DNA of 57,124 nt, filler included, from Squatina squatina (taxonomy: Eukaryota): NCBI GenBank assembly GCA_031763465.1. It is 3 parts of 3 records of this genome, joined end to end, with 100 filler letters (N's around TTAATTAATTAA, not from the genome) between each part and the next. Parts side by side here need not be neighbours in the genome. Positions count along the whole stretch, not along the records: positions 1 to 26,326 come from JARFOE010000203.1; positions 26,427 to 42,351 come from JARFOE010000120.1; 1 more part is not named here. One strand, 5' to 3'. Position numbers and translations under genes: made by a program. The number at the start of each line of letters is the position of its first letter. Position 1 is the first letter of the stretch. This document shows, in pieces, positions 24,704 through 37,700 of this stretch. The notes beneath the pieces are model-generated. The model was not told the DNA's origin, did no database searches, and saw only the letters and a program-made list of their open reading frames with translations.

Positions 24704-24901
24704 ACAGTGCTAAATACACAAATTATAATGATCAAGCAGATTAACTCATTGTAGTTACAGTAAATTATGAAAAAAATTAATCTTGGTTATTTCTGCCTGT
24801 TTTGTACGAACTCTCCAGGGAGTTTATTGTAATTGGCTTGGTAAGGCATTTCTCACTCTGCTTAAAGTGTTCTTCAAAACATTTTTCCTGCTTTTCTCCA
24901 G

Positions 24902-25052
24902 GGTGTGTGTATGATGACAGCAGCTTTTCTGCATTTCTTTTTCCTCTCCTCCTTCTGTTGGGTATTGACAGAAGCTTGGCAGTCCTATCTTGCCGTGCTG
25001 GGAAAAGTTAGGACCAGGCTGATAAGGAAACGCTTTCTCTGCCTTGGCTGGG
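24902..25052 (+). CDS. ADGRB2: ADGRB2 7TM exon (TM3, ICL2, start of TM4)
   Basis: Not in the ORF track in this frame. 151-nt exon (ttctccag| ... G|gtatgt) reads [51 protein letters not shown]. Confidence 0.95.
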
Positions 25053-25659
25053 GTATGTGACTCTCTTTATATTTAGAATGCATATCATATGTGATTTGCA
25101 AAGGAACTGTTAAAATTCTAAACTCAGAGCAAATGGTTCGGATCTGACCAAATACATTGGATGTTTCTTACTATTAANNNNNNNNNNNNNNNNNNNNNNN
25201 NNNNNNNNNNNNNNNNNNNNNNNNNNNNNNNNNNNNNNNNNNNNNNNNNNNNNNNNNNNNNNNNNNNNNNNNNNNNNCCCTTGGCAGATGATTAAATGTA
25301 TAAGTAATCATATAATTGTGAGGAAAGATCTGCTGCGGTTTTTAAAAGTATAAACTATGAAAGTCTTATTAAAGGTTAAACATGTAGGCCGAGCCATAGT
25401 GTGGTGCTTAGGCCTTTTATTGGACAAACTATTGATGAGAAATAAGTGGTTATTGATCATCCTATTAACGTGTTACCCAAAAAACTAGTAACTATTAACA
25501 TCACAGGCAGTTGTGATCTCTGAATACAGTTTGAAGAGTCAAAATAAACACCATCCTCCCAAAGATAAAAGAATAAAAATACATATGGTGGCAAAAACCC
25601 TGTTGCTTTTTTGATGGTTTTCACCCTATGTTCACCAATTCTCTCTCTAAGGTACTTAT

Positions 25660-26010
25660 GCAATGTTGTAGATACGGTTCTGTGAGTACTGGGGCACCCT
25701 CTAACAGATCACTCAAGTGACCATTTGTTACGTGTGAGCCCAGACACTGAATGTTGTTAGATAATTCATCTCTGATGGGCATCACATTCACAAGCGCATC
25801 CCTCCAGCAGGAGTGATTGGATGGCGATCAGAAGCTGGAACCTTTGCTGATGATTTCTATTCGCTATCCCATGGATCACTGAGACCAATTGCAGAGCTCT
25901 TCAGCTGAAATCAGCTGAACCTGCATAAATTAGGGATCAAATCTGGGATCTTTCAAATCTGTATGGACCAGCTATTCACTGCTTTAACCAGATGATCTAT
26001 TGGGAAGCCC
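25660..26010 (-). mobile_element. Old decayed tRNA-derived SINE
   Basis: Minus strand has degenerate A/B-box-like head (ctggttaaagc ... gatttgatccc); a related fragment lies at about 23790-23890 (gggatcgaaccc). Confidence 0.4.
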
Positions 26011-26133
26011 AAAAGTCCTGTTAAGGAAGAATGATTTCGAGTGTGATTCTGAAACTAACAGCATACAGGATAACACAGCCACAAACATGATGTGAACTGT
26101 TACCATGTTTCTCATTCCAACATCAAAGGTGAA

Positions 26134-26326
26134 TAAGGAATGTGACACATTAAAGGGGACTAGCTGGGTAAGGAATGTGACACATTAAAGGGGTCTAGCT
26201 GGGTAAGGAATGTGACACATTAATGGGGACTAGCTGGGTAAGGAATGTAACACATTAATGGGGACTAGCTGGGTAAGGAATGTGGCACATTGATGGGGAC
26301 TAGCTGGGTAAGGAATGTGGCACATT
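26134..26326. repeat. 35-bp minisatellite, at least 5.5 copies, running into a gap
   Basis: Unit taaggaatgtgacacattaaaggggactagctggg at 26134, 26169, 26204 and onward. Confidence 0.93.
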
Positions 26327-26426
26327 NNNNNNNNNNNNNNNNNNNNNNNNNNNNNNNNNNNNNNNNNNNNTTAATTAATTAANNNNNNNNNNNNNNNNNN
26401 NNNNNNNNNNNNNNNNNNNNNNNNNN
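26327..26426. other. Artificial scaffold linker (44 N + TTAATTAATTAA + 44 N)
   Basis: Palindromic six-frame stop linker centred in an exactly 100-nt spacer. Confidence 0.95.
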
Positions 26427-28657
26427 TGTAAGTAATAATGTAAATACTGAAAAAAAAGAGGTGCCAATGCATGTTAATTCCTATTTTTTAAATCGAGTAT
26501 TTAAACGTTAAAGTTGATATACGTGTTATAGTCCCTTTAAGAAATGCACAATGCTATGCATATGGTATGCATAGACAAATATTTGTTTTAATATGAGAAA
26601 TAACATAATTTTCAGAATACTCCTAAAACATGAAATGTCGCTGTTTTCTGTTGTGCAACGTTTGATATTCATAATACTTCGTTTTTAATAAGCACGTTTA
26701 CTTTGGAACAGAATGCTTGGTAACTCATTATCGACCTGATGGAGAATTTAAAAACATCTTGCAGAGAGAAAAAGATTTGTTATTAAAATCATAGTATTTA
26801 ATATTTTGTTTTAATCAGTTCTGGCCGGAGGTATTGCTAGGGTGTGCACCGAGGTTAACTGTTTAGAAAACTGGGGTAATTTTATATGAATCTGATAGAC
26901 ACTTTGCATTGTTTTGGACTATTTTAACCAAGCAGCAGAAAGCTTCAACGCACAAACTTCACCAATGGGACCAGAAATTGATATTAAGGATTAAAGCACA
27001 GTTCAAAAATCAGTAAATAACCAGGGGCCAAATAGTAAAAATCATATCTGATTGTTTAACTTTCTGCACGACGTGTCTTTGTTCATTTAATAGGTACTGA
27101 CGTTCAAAACATGTTGCAGAACTTGCACTGAGCACGAGTACAGTGCATCATAATATTGCCCGTTGCTGACTGATATACTGTTTGTCAGTTACCACAAATT
27201 GAAGTGAAATATACTCTTAACATAGTTTGGAGTCTATCATGCAATGTAGCCCAGAGTAATATGAAAGGCAGATCATAAATAAGGTGGTAATTCACGTGCT
27301 GTTGAAAACATTAAAATAAATAAAGAATAATAATATACATGAACCTCTAGCAAAAGAACAACCGACCGTTTACACAGTGAGTAAGCAATCAGGCGCTTCA
27401 CTTAACAGGTGAAGGTAACATTTATGTACTTTTAGTGACCATTGGCTACTGATACCCAGAACAAATTAGCTCGCGTGCTGAACATATTAACGCCATTTAA
27501 AAAACGTTAGTAACTCCAATAGTGACTTAGAGAAGCATCTGTACTGATACAGGTTTATTTTACTGGCAGTGCGTTTACAGGGATACAGTTATGAGTGATT
27601 CGACTGCGATCAATGGCAAATAAGGTTGTAAGGAACAACTTTATGCAATGGCCATATTTAAAGTGGCCTTTTGTGGAAATGTCACTTTAAATATTCACCA
27701 GTCCGTTTCCATCACAAAGCAGCTTTAGAACATAGGGACACTCTCCCTTTGCTTCCCTTTAAACCACCAGCCATCAGTACCTTTCTTGTAATCACTGCTT
27801 TGCGCAAATTGTGTAAAACAAGCAGATTGGTGCGTGCCACATTGTTTGCAGCAGGGCGTGTTGTTAGAATTTATTAAAGACAGATGATTCTCGTGTTTTT
27901 TAAAACATACGGAAAAGATTTACAATTCAGTTAATTGCAATGTACTTAGGTCCATCATCACTCCGCAGGTGTAAATATAGGTCGTTTAGATGTGTGACAT
28001 GTATAAGAGCACTCTTCTTCAAGGTAGCAAAACGGTATATTACTGAAAAGCATATCCGGTCGATTTTACGCGACCAGTATTGTGTTAGTTGTTGGTAGAG
28101 AAAACAAAAACATGGAAACGTCACATTAGGAAATGTTTAAGGTAGTTATTTTTGAAAGAAATGCAAATATCAATGGAAAGTCCGAGAATGACGTATTTCA
28201 AATACTTATGCTGATACAAATATTGTAAATAATGTTAATAGTTTATCATATAGAAAATAATGGCTAAACAATACTAAACTGGTTTGGATAGGTTGCGTAC
28301 AAAAAAAATAGCCTTATGCTTTAACTCTCCTATTGCAAATGCGCATCTTCTGTCTTACTATAACAGCGCTAAAACGCCCTGTGGTACCTCTCTAGCCACC
28401 GTAGGCCAAATTGCTCCCCTGAGAAATAACAGCCATCTATCGCTTGATGGCGCTGTCTTTGGGTTCCCAGCTTTTGCAACCCAAGATTTAGCAGGGAATG
28501 GGCAAATTTACTTCTGCTGCTCCTTAAACCGAATGCCATACGTGCTATTTCTCTGACAAAAAAATTTTTTTCTAAGCAGCGAGAAGCCGTGCAACGTGAT
28601 ATATTATCTTTTTTTTCGGCGATGGAACAATATAGCAAATAAGTTTTTTTAATCAAT

Positions 28658-28789
28658 ATGTCAATCACACTGGCAAATATCAGCCATCGCATCTTGAAAG
28701 GTCCCATTCCCATGAAAGTTGAGCACCGCTGTGAGTTTCACTGCTACAGAGAGCAGTGGAAGCCCTGGTGTGAAGCTGGAGGTCAGCCT
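28658..28789 (-). mobile_element. Harbinger transposase fragment
   Basis: LSVAVKLTAVLNFHGNGTFQDAMADICQ is homologous to the copies at 11130-11230 and 22400-22490. Confidence 0.8.
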
Positions 28790-31700
28790 NNNNNNNNNNN
28801 NNNNNNNNNNNNNNNNNNNNNNNNNNNNNNNNNNNNNNNNNNNNNNNNNNNNNNNNNNNNNNNNNNNNNNNNNNNNNNNNNNNNNNNNNNNNNNNNNNNN
28901 NNNNNNNNNNNNNNNNNNNNNNNNNNNNNNNNNNNNNNNNNNNNNNNNNNNNNNNNNNNNNNNNNNNNNNNNNNNNNNNNNNNNNNNNNNNNNNNNNNNN
29001 NNNNNNNNNNNNNNNNNNNNNNNNNNNNNNNNNNNNNNNNNNNNNNNNNNNNNNNNNNNNNNNNNNNNNNNNNNNNNNNNNNNNNNNNNNNNNNNNNNNN
29101 NNNNNNNNNNNNNNNNNNNNNNNNNNNNNNNNNNNNNNNNNNNNNNNNNNNNCACCAGGTTAGTGCCAATCTATTCAAAGGTCATACGGTTCTAATCTGA
29201 AGTCAATATAGTCCGTAAAATCGATTTTATTATGTTACACCTCAGCTTGATCAGTAAAAAGGAAAAGAAACACATTTCCCCCCTCATTTCAACTAGTGCT
29301 ACATTTCTATTACATTGATAACGTTTGTTGCTCCTGGTTATGCAGCCTGCAATAATCTGCTGATATAAATGCTGTGGTTGTCATACGTACAGTAAATAGA
29401 GTGCAAGCTCTCAGTGCTGGGATGGAATAAAAATGTTCAATGGGCAGAGATGTTCAAACTTGAGGTGTACAGNNNNNNNNNNCACCACTGTACATTTATG
29501 TTAATTAAACTCATGAGCATTTTGTGTTTATGAGGCATATCTAACATAAGTTATTTTTTTATATTTGCACGATCGTATCTAAATTATCCACGTGTTAATT
29601 AGATTTTCTTCAAAAAAGCCTGTACCGGATATTATCCGAATGCCAAATTACTCTACAGCGCTGTATTTTGACCTATCCTCCAAGCAACCACGACATCGCT
29701 TTAAACTTTGAGCCCAGACACGAATCCTATTATCAACGCTTCAAGTTAAAGACCAGAGCAGTAAAAAAAACTCAGCGGCCTTTTGCACGGAGAAGAAATG
29801 CCTTAATAAGATCAATATAAAGAGAAAGACAAAATCTTAACAAAGGTTCACTGCCAGTCTAACGACCTCTGACATACATTGCAAATTAATTGGAGACTAT
29901 ATGAGAGAAGGTGGGATTCCAGTTAATTAGTCGAAAATGAATAAAATTGAACATTATATGATTTGTCTCCGAGTACCGCTTTGTTAGTGCGGATTTAGAG
30001 ATCAGCTTTTGTACAGAACAAATTGGATGTGAGTAGCGTGGTGCACTGTTACACTGTCGTTTTGTGCCCTGGCGACAGCTTCAATCCTGGGAAAAGGTAA
30101 AGGGATCTGGGCGATCACAGCCCTCATTATCTCATGTCTGAGCACATCTTTGGGAACAATTCATAATCAACATTGGCACTCACAGTGTTTGGACTCGTGG
30201 TTATAGTTCCCTTTCAACACAAAGCACACCTTATTATTAATAACTTTATTGCAGATAAAGCGCCGTAAGAATTTTGCATTCTCACAAACCTCTTCATTTT
30301 TTTAAGANNNNNNNNNNNNNNNNNNNNNNNNNNNNNNNNNNNNNNNNNNNNNNNNNNNNNNNNNNNNNNNNNNNNNNNNNNNNNNNNNNNNNNNNNNNNN
30401 NNNNNNNNNNNNNNNNNNNNNNNNNNNNNNNNNNNNNNNNNNNNNNNNNNNNNNNNNNNNNNNNNNNNNNNNNNNNNNNNNNNNNNNNNNNNNNNNNNNN
30501 NNNNNNNNNNNNNNNNNNNNNNNNNNNNNNNNNNNNNNNNNNNNNNNNNNNNNNNNNNNNNNNNNNNNNNNNNNNNNNNNNNNNNNNNNNNNNNNNNNNN
30601 NNNNNNNNNNNNNNNNNNNNNNNNNNNNNNNNNNNNNNNNNNNNNNNNNNNNNNNNNNNNNNNNNNNNNNNNNNNNNNNNNNNNNNNNNNNNNNNNNNNN
30701 NNNNNNNNNNNNNNNNNNNNNNNNNNNNNNNNNNNNNNNNNNNNNNNNNNNNNNNNNNNNNNNNNNNNNNNNNNNNNNNNNNNNNNNNNNNNNNNNNNNN
30801 NNNNNNNNNNNNNNNNNNNNNNNNNNNNNNNNNNNNNNNNNNNNNNNNNNNNNNNNNNNNNNNNNNNNNNNNNNNNNNNNNNNNNNNNNNNNNNNNNNNN
30901 NNNNNNNNNNNNNNNNNNNNNNNNNNNNNNNNNNNNNNNNNNNNNNNNNNNNNNNNNNNNNNNNNNNNNNNNNNNNNNNNNNNNNNNNNNNNNNNNNNNN
31001 NNNNNNNNNNNNNNNNNNNNNNNNNNNNNNNNNNNNNNNNNNNNNNNNNNNNNNNNNNNNNNNNCAAGCATAACACGGAAGCCTAGAGAAGTATTATAAC
31101 AAATAAGTTGTAATATATTAGCATTGAACTCTTTAATTGACACTTTCATTCATTTTAACTCGAAAATAGTGTACTATAAAAAAATAAAGGAAAGTTGTTG
31201 ACACCTTGGGTGTATTAATGCCTAACATTTAGAGATGTAACTCTCTCAGTGTGGAATGCCAATCCTAGAAAGCCCAGAAATGCTGATTTCCCCCACTGTG
31301 TTCTCCTTGCATGTGTGACCGATTCAAGTCCAATGAAGAGCAACAAAAAAAAACATCCAAGTTTTTATTTGAAACTCTGAGGTGGGAATAGCTTTTTTGT
31401 TGTTGTCCAGTAATATATCATTCTAGGCTAACCGCTGGTGATCTGTTGCGCAACCGATATTGCAGGCAGTATAATTGCAGCAGTTGACGATTTTGCCTCA
31501 AACATATTGGCAATAACTTCATTATCACGAAGCTGGGTGTTGCATGTGAACAGCGTGTTAAAATATATATATATATATATATGTTGATTTGCTGCAAGTA
31601 ATAAATGCGCTTAGCTTCAGGTAAGAATGGAAATGTGGAATGTCATCGAGATTTACACCTGTCCTATGGCTTAAACTGACAGAGCTATTGCCTACAGAGA

Positions 31701-34700
31701 TGACCACTGGTGCCAGTCTGTCTGGGACTCATCAGCCTTACTTGGTAACTTTAACTGGACGAGACGATCAAAACAACCCAATAGCACATGTATCGTTTTA
31801 TCATCAGAAAGCGTCTAGAGAGGTAAAGACAAATATTTATTTTTAAATACGTATCATAATTGCTGTGCTTTTTGTTATAGATCTTGATTGTTAAAGGGAT
31901 GTAGCTAAACTATTATTACCATAAAGAGGGAGTTTGCCCTGACAGCATCAATAGTGATCTATGTTAAAGCAACCCCAAACAAATAACCCTAACACAATCA
32001 CCCAAAGGTCCCACCCAATGGACAGTTCAGTAACAGATATTAACCAGACACCAAAGGAATCCCGTTCAACTGCAAACCCCTCTTTTCCAACGCGATGCAT
32101 CTGTTGCGCACGGCTCACACATTCCCATTTCGCAAGGACTGTTGCCATCCTATAGGGCTGTTGAAACCATTCATCATATTGGCCAAAGTGGAGCCAGGCC
32201 ACTCAGCCACCGTATTCACACACAGGTAGCCTAATGGTTCCATTAGGCTAGACCAAACCGTTCTGGATCAGTAAGCGCATGAGGGGCTAGAGAAACTAAT
32301 GCCCTACTGTCACCGTCATTTAAAGATTTCAAGGAAAACACAATCTGACATCCCAGCACTGGCCTCCAGCAGGCATTCAGGACTTATCTTTCGCCCAGCC
32401 NNNNNNNNNNNNNNNNNNNNNNNNNNNNNNNNNNNNNNNNNNNNNNNNNNNNNNNNNNNNNNNNNNNNNNNNNNNNNNNNNNNNNNNNNNNNNNNNNNNN
32501 TCTTTCGCCCAGCCAGAGTAGAATAATTCCGTAACGCGCTCTATATTAATTTGACGACACTCTTTGAAACATATTTGTCAAATATTTACCAAACTGACTC
32601 AAATTTTTCTCCAATTTGCTTTTCCAGAATTATGACCGAAATGAAGTCATCGACAATTTTTATTTATCAATGATTGTTGTAACATTTATTTTACATCTTC
32701 CAAGTCCTGAAGCAATCATTCGAGAAATGCTTCAAGTGCTTTCAGCTTCCTGGAAACTCATTTCAAAATATTTCCTCGAACCTTCCACATTCATATCAGA
32801 CTAGCCGTTTAACACTCCCATTAGCAAAGCGCAACATCAGCTAAATTGCGATTTGGAGCTTAACTGTAAAGTTTTCATCCATACAATTTTTAGAAATGTT
32901 GCTTCAGCTTTTTTGTAACGCCACTGACAAAATAAATGTGCCTACCTGTTGATTCATTGCTAAATCATATTTATATTCGAACAGATAATTATTTTTTTTT
33001 AAAGTCAGGGCAGTTTATACAGAGCAATCAGCAGTCCATTGGCTCACTGTAGGCCAATAAACAAAGCCTTCACTCGGCTTTCAAGGAAAGGTGGCGAGCT
33101 CAGTAAAAACAGAAGCATGTTTTACTTTGAGCATGACGATGAATTCGGTTTATCAATGTATTTAGTGCCAAATTATTCATTAATTTATAAAACTTAGGTC
33201 ACTCATCGTTTGGTGGCGATGAATTCAACTTGGAAAAAAACGTATAAGTTAAAAGCATGACCCGATAGTCGTGAAAAGACAAAAGCATGAAGCAAGTTTA
33301 TTTAATGTCAGTGGTGGCATTTGTACACTGGAACTCTTCCGAGAACTGTGAGATTATCGCTGCAAACAAAATAACTAGGCAGATACCATTTGGGATTTAT
33401 ATCCACAATGTCTAACATATCCACGAAAAAGTGCGGTAAAACTTATTGTTCGACCACAGGGGAAAATATATGTTTTTTTATACAATCCAGTGCTATTTTG
33501 ACCAGGAAATTGTGCCCTTTTATGAATCCTTAGTAGAGTAAAACTTGAATTGGCATTCCGTTATTTTTAATCGACATTATGCGTGAAACATATTCAACAG
33601 AGAAGTAAACAACAATATTTTCAGCATTATATGACATATTGATGCAATAATAATCAAACATAATATAAAAACCTGTTTTTAATCTAGGAACCCTGCACAT
33701 CTGAAATAAATAATAAAGGAGACTGCAATGTCAAGTTTGGATATCTTATTTGGCATAATATACAGGGAAGAACGGGTATTCTGCTTTAGTTTGTTACCCA
33801 ATCGGCACATCACGTTGGAGGCACATCAAAATGTCGCGTTCTCAAATCTTCACAGCGGCAGGCAATAATTTACAGTCTTCAAGCTTGTACAATGATAAGC
33901 GAGATGTTAATAATGTAAATGCTTGTAGAAATTAAAAATATGTAACAACCTATTACTGACTGCCCAGCGTTTCTGAATAATCCAAAAAAGCTCAGGTATT
34001 CTTGCAGTTGCAGCTCTGGTTTGCAAAGAAGTAAAAACTTTCAGACTTACTGTTCAGCTGCAACAATGATTTATTGTTGTTTACACTTCAGCACCATTTT
34101 GAATGCTAAACATTAATTTCTAGCTTTTAATTATTTGCAATTCTTTAATTCTTAAAGAAAAAAAAACAGCAGTTAAAGCAGCTTTAACAGGAACCGCAGT
34201 TGCTGCGGTCCGGATAAACTCTCTTCCTCCAGCAATAATGGATTTAATTACACCACTCTCGCAATCAAGATCTGTAACACAGAAAATGAGGAGAATGCCA
34301 AAGCACATGAATATGATCACATTCGTGGCAATCTCCAAAAATATGCAGTCCGTTACTAATCCCACTTTGCTCCTTAATAGCACGAATGATGTAACTGCCC
34401 AGCTGTTTCAGTCTGTTTCCTTTGGTCCAGCATTTTGTATATTCTACTATTTCCCCCAGAAATATGCGCGTTTTCTAAATGTATATTTACCTTCAGGTTT
34501 TATACTACAAAGATTACACCTGTATCTAGAACACAAGTCTTCAATTATCTACCTGTGTTCTATCCGTGGAGCAATATCTTGCAATACTTATTATATAATT
34601 ATGTATACTTACTCCGAGACTATATAAAAGACGTTTTAAACGTGTGTAGAGTTTCACAGTCAGTCTAAAGCTGCCGACAGAGCGCTCAATCCCATGAATA

Positions 34701-37700
34701 CTTATACCCATTATATCAATTCTGAAGTTTCTGCATTTAGAATTTGCATCAGAAAACGATTGATTGATGTGTGCTAAATAACGTAGCCAAATAATGAATA
34801 TCTCATTCCTATCAAGAAAATAGCCCCCAAGTGAACATGCCGGTTCTTGTGGCAAATGCAATGCTGGGTTCCAATGGAACATGCATATGTTGCAAAATCA
34901 TAAGGCCGATTAGTCTGAAATTAAATATATTTCCAACGCATTAACTGACAGAATGCTTATTAGCAAAGTCTCCCAGGCAGTTGGACGCAACATTAGAAAG
35001 AGCAAATAAATTGGAAAAAATGTAACAACAATTGCTATATTTTACTTAAGATCAAGTGTTATATTTTTGGTCAATTGCTTAACCCTCAAAACACCATTGG
35101 GACACGACATGCTTTTACTCTTTCCAAATATTCAGTGTATGTTCCTCCAAGTATTTTGAGGAGGGTAAAAGGTGTTTCGGTACGAAAAGATGGCGGGTGA
35201 TTCCGCATAATCGCTGCGTTAGTTGGCTCTACTTTACTTCAAAATTTCGAAATCTTTGTTACTTAAAAAAAAACAGCTGCTTAAATTTTTTGCAAAGACA
35301 CATCTCTTTAACTGCTGTCCCATCCCAACCGCCCCCGGGAACTGAGGAGAGACACTTGCTGTAAAGATAAGAGAAGCTAAGCGTGCAAGTGGACACACGC
35401 TTAACACTGTTCCTCCAGATAAAGTGACTTTTGTTTTGGGGAATATGTGGGAGGGATCAACAAGGACACGAGTCTCCGCAGTTTGGAACATGATAAGGCA
35501 ATTTCAAAAGAGAGAACATATTAAAATCCGGCCATTAACCTATTAACTAGCACAATGATTCCAGTGCCAGTGAGAATCAAAGATTAGGAGCACATACTTT
35601 ATTTTTGTTCCTAAATAACTCAGATGTGTACAGAGCACAACAGCTGAATATTTGTGAGTGGACATTGTTGTAGGAAAACTTTGAGGTTTTATGTCTAGCG
35701 GGGAGTAAACATTTTCAAAATGTTGGTAATATTAAATCTGTACACGCCTGTTTCACTGCTCCTCGTGCAAACAGACAAACGCCCTCCAGTTTTCGCCAAA
35801 AATCTAGCACGAACTGGAGAAAAGCCAGCGGGAAAACACATTTCTACCAATAATTTATATTTATTTTATCTTTCAGGGTTTTAAGTTTTCCACTTTGAAA
35901 TCAGTTAGCAATTACAATATAATGATAATTGCTCTGCACATGCCATGTAAATTTATAGGCTAATCCTATGTGCTGGGCACCGTCCCGGAAGAGTCCACGG
36001 GAGACGGCGTGCATAGTATGCAGGTGACAACACTGAACCCCCATAATCAGTGTAACAAAAACAAAATTCAGCTACACTGAGGACTGGAGCCACGTGTTCG
36101 GTATTGGTTTCCGCAAAGCATTCAACTAGGATGCAAGTTAAACTAGGAAAATTATAAAAGGAAGTAACCCCTTCACGGAGGAAAAAGTGCATTAGGGAAT
36201 ACAACTAAATGATGGAACGGAAAGGAAACAAAGAGAGCATAGATTGGAAAGTGGTTCACTGGACGCAAATGTCGCTGATTGAGAATACGCAGGCTAGTAA
36301 CTGGCTGGCAACACAAAATATATTTTTGACCAGCAGAGAGGAAGATGATCAAATTGGATTTGTTGTGGATTATGGCTGGGAGTAAAGTCGATGCTAAATT
36401 AATTTCAGCTTGTCAGTATTTCGAGTCCTACCCCCCTCAAAGTATGTGGCTCCACCAGAACGGAGGGACTGCATAAGGGACATGAAAGGGCATATTCGTT
36501 TATTCTGAGCGACATCCCCATAAACGTTGCTTCCAATTGTAACTAACCAACAATCACCATGCTGATTCCCCACGAAACATCATGCTTTGAATTGCTATAA
36601 AATATATCGCTTTCGCGTGTAGGCANNNNNNNNNNNNNNNNNNNNNNNNNNNNNNNNNNNNNNNNNNNNNNNNNNNNNNNNNNNNNNNNNNNNNNNNNNN
36701 NNNNNNNNNNNNNNNNNNNNNNNNNNNNNNNNNNNNNNNNNNNNNNNNNNNNNNNNNNNNNNNNNNNNNNNNNNNNNNNNNNNNNNNNNNNNNNNNGAAA
36801 AAGCAGGAAGACTGTCACTCGGATCAGACATGCTGCACCAACAGGAGGCACTTGCATTATGCTGTGGATTTCATGACCCCTATTCAACTCGAAAGAAATA
36901 GTACTTCATCCTTAACGCATAGTAAATTAGAAAATGTTATTTATTGCCAAGGATTTAAGCGTTTCACGAAGTGGGGGGGAGGAATAAAACCAATTTGACC
37001 CCTGGGGAGGAGGCTGACGTATTCCTCTGTTTATGTGTCATGTTCCATAGGCAACATTAAAAAAAACTTAGAACTACAACATTTTTCTGCATGCAATTCT
37101 GTGATATTTTAATACATTTGGTTTAAAGTAATCAGATGTTGGAGCTGCCACTTCAGAGCTCTGCTAACCATTCAAATCATTATTGAACCATACACAGATT
37201 TAATGGTCTCAGCAGAGAAAACATAAGTTGGCTGACCTTCCTCACCCTCCCGTCGTCTCCCCTTCCCCCTCCCCTCTCACAGGGCAGGGAGAGAGAGAGA
37301 GAGGCAGACAGGGAGACAGACAGAGGGATAAACAGAGACACAGAGGGAGAAGGGGGCTTTGACGAGTTCAGAAGCAGTGAATATGCCTGCGTGGAGCAAT
37401 CGCAAGCAGAAATTCCTGGCTCCGAACTGGCCCTGCTGCCCAATCAATTATTAACCAGTAAACTGGCTCCAATGTCCAATTTGTGCGATTCCTCCCTAGA
37501 TTTCCGTGTCACGAGTATTGGGAAAGACGGCCAGAGCAACATCACACCCCACGCTGCCGACACAGCCACACAGAGTGATCCGTTTCCACTCCCCCATACA
37601 TAAAATCACATTCCATGAAGGTGCAAACAGAATTTGATGAAAGAGATGAATATTAACAGCCTTTTCTTTATGGAAAGCAATGAGATGCAGACCGTGTTGT

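Noticed and set aside
13389-26326. Tandem arrays (35, 42 and 35 bp) as possible CRISPR arrays
   Set aside because: Head-to-tail units with no unique spacers, no cas genes, and a vertebrate context.
28658-31149. Long ORFs in the track (up to 311 aa)
   Set aside because: Composed almost entirely of X from N runs; the same applies to every gap-spanning ORF in the window.
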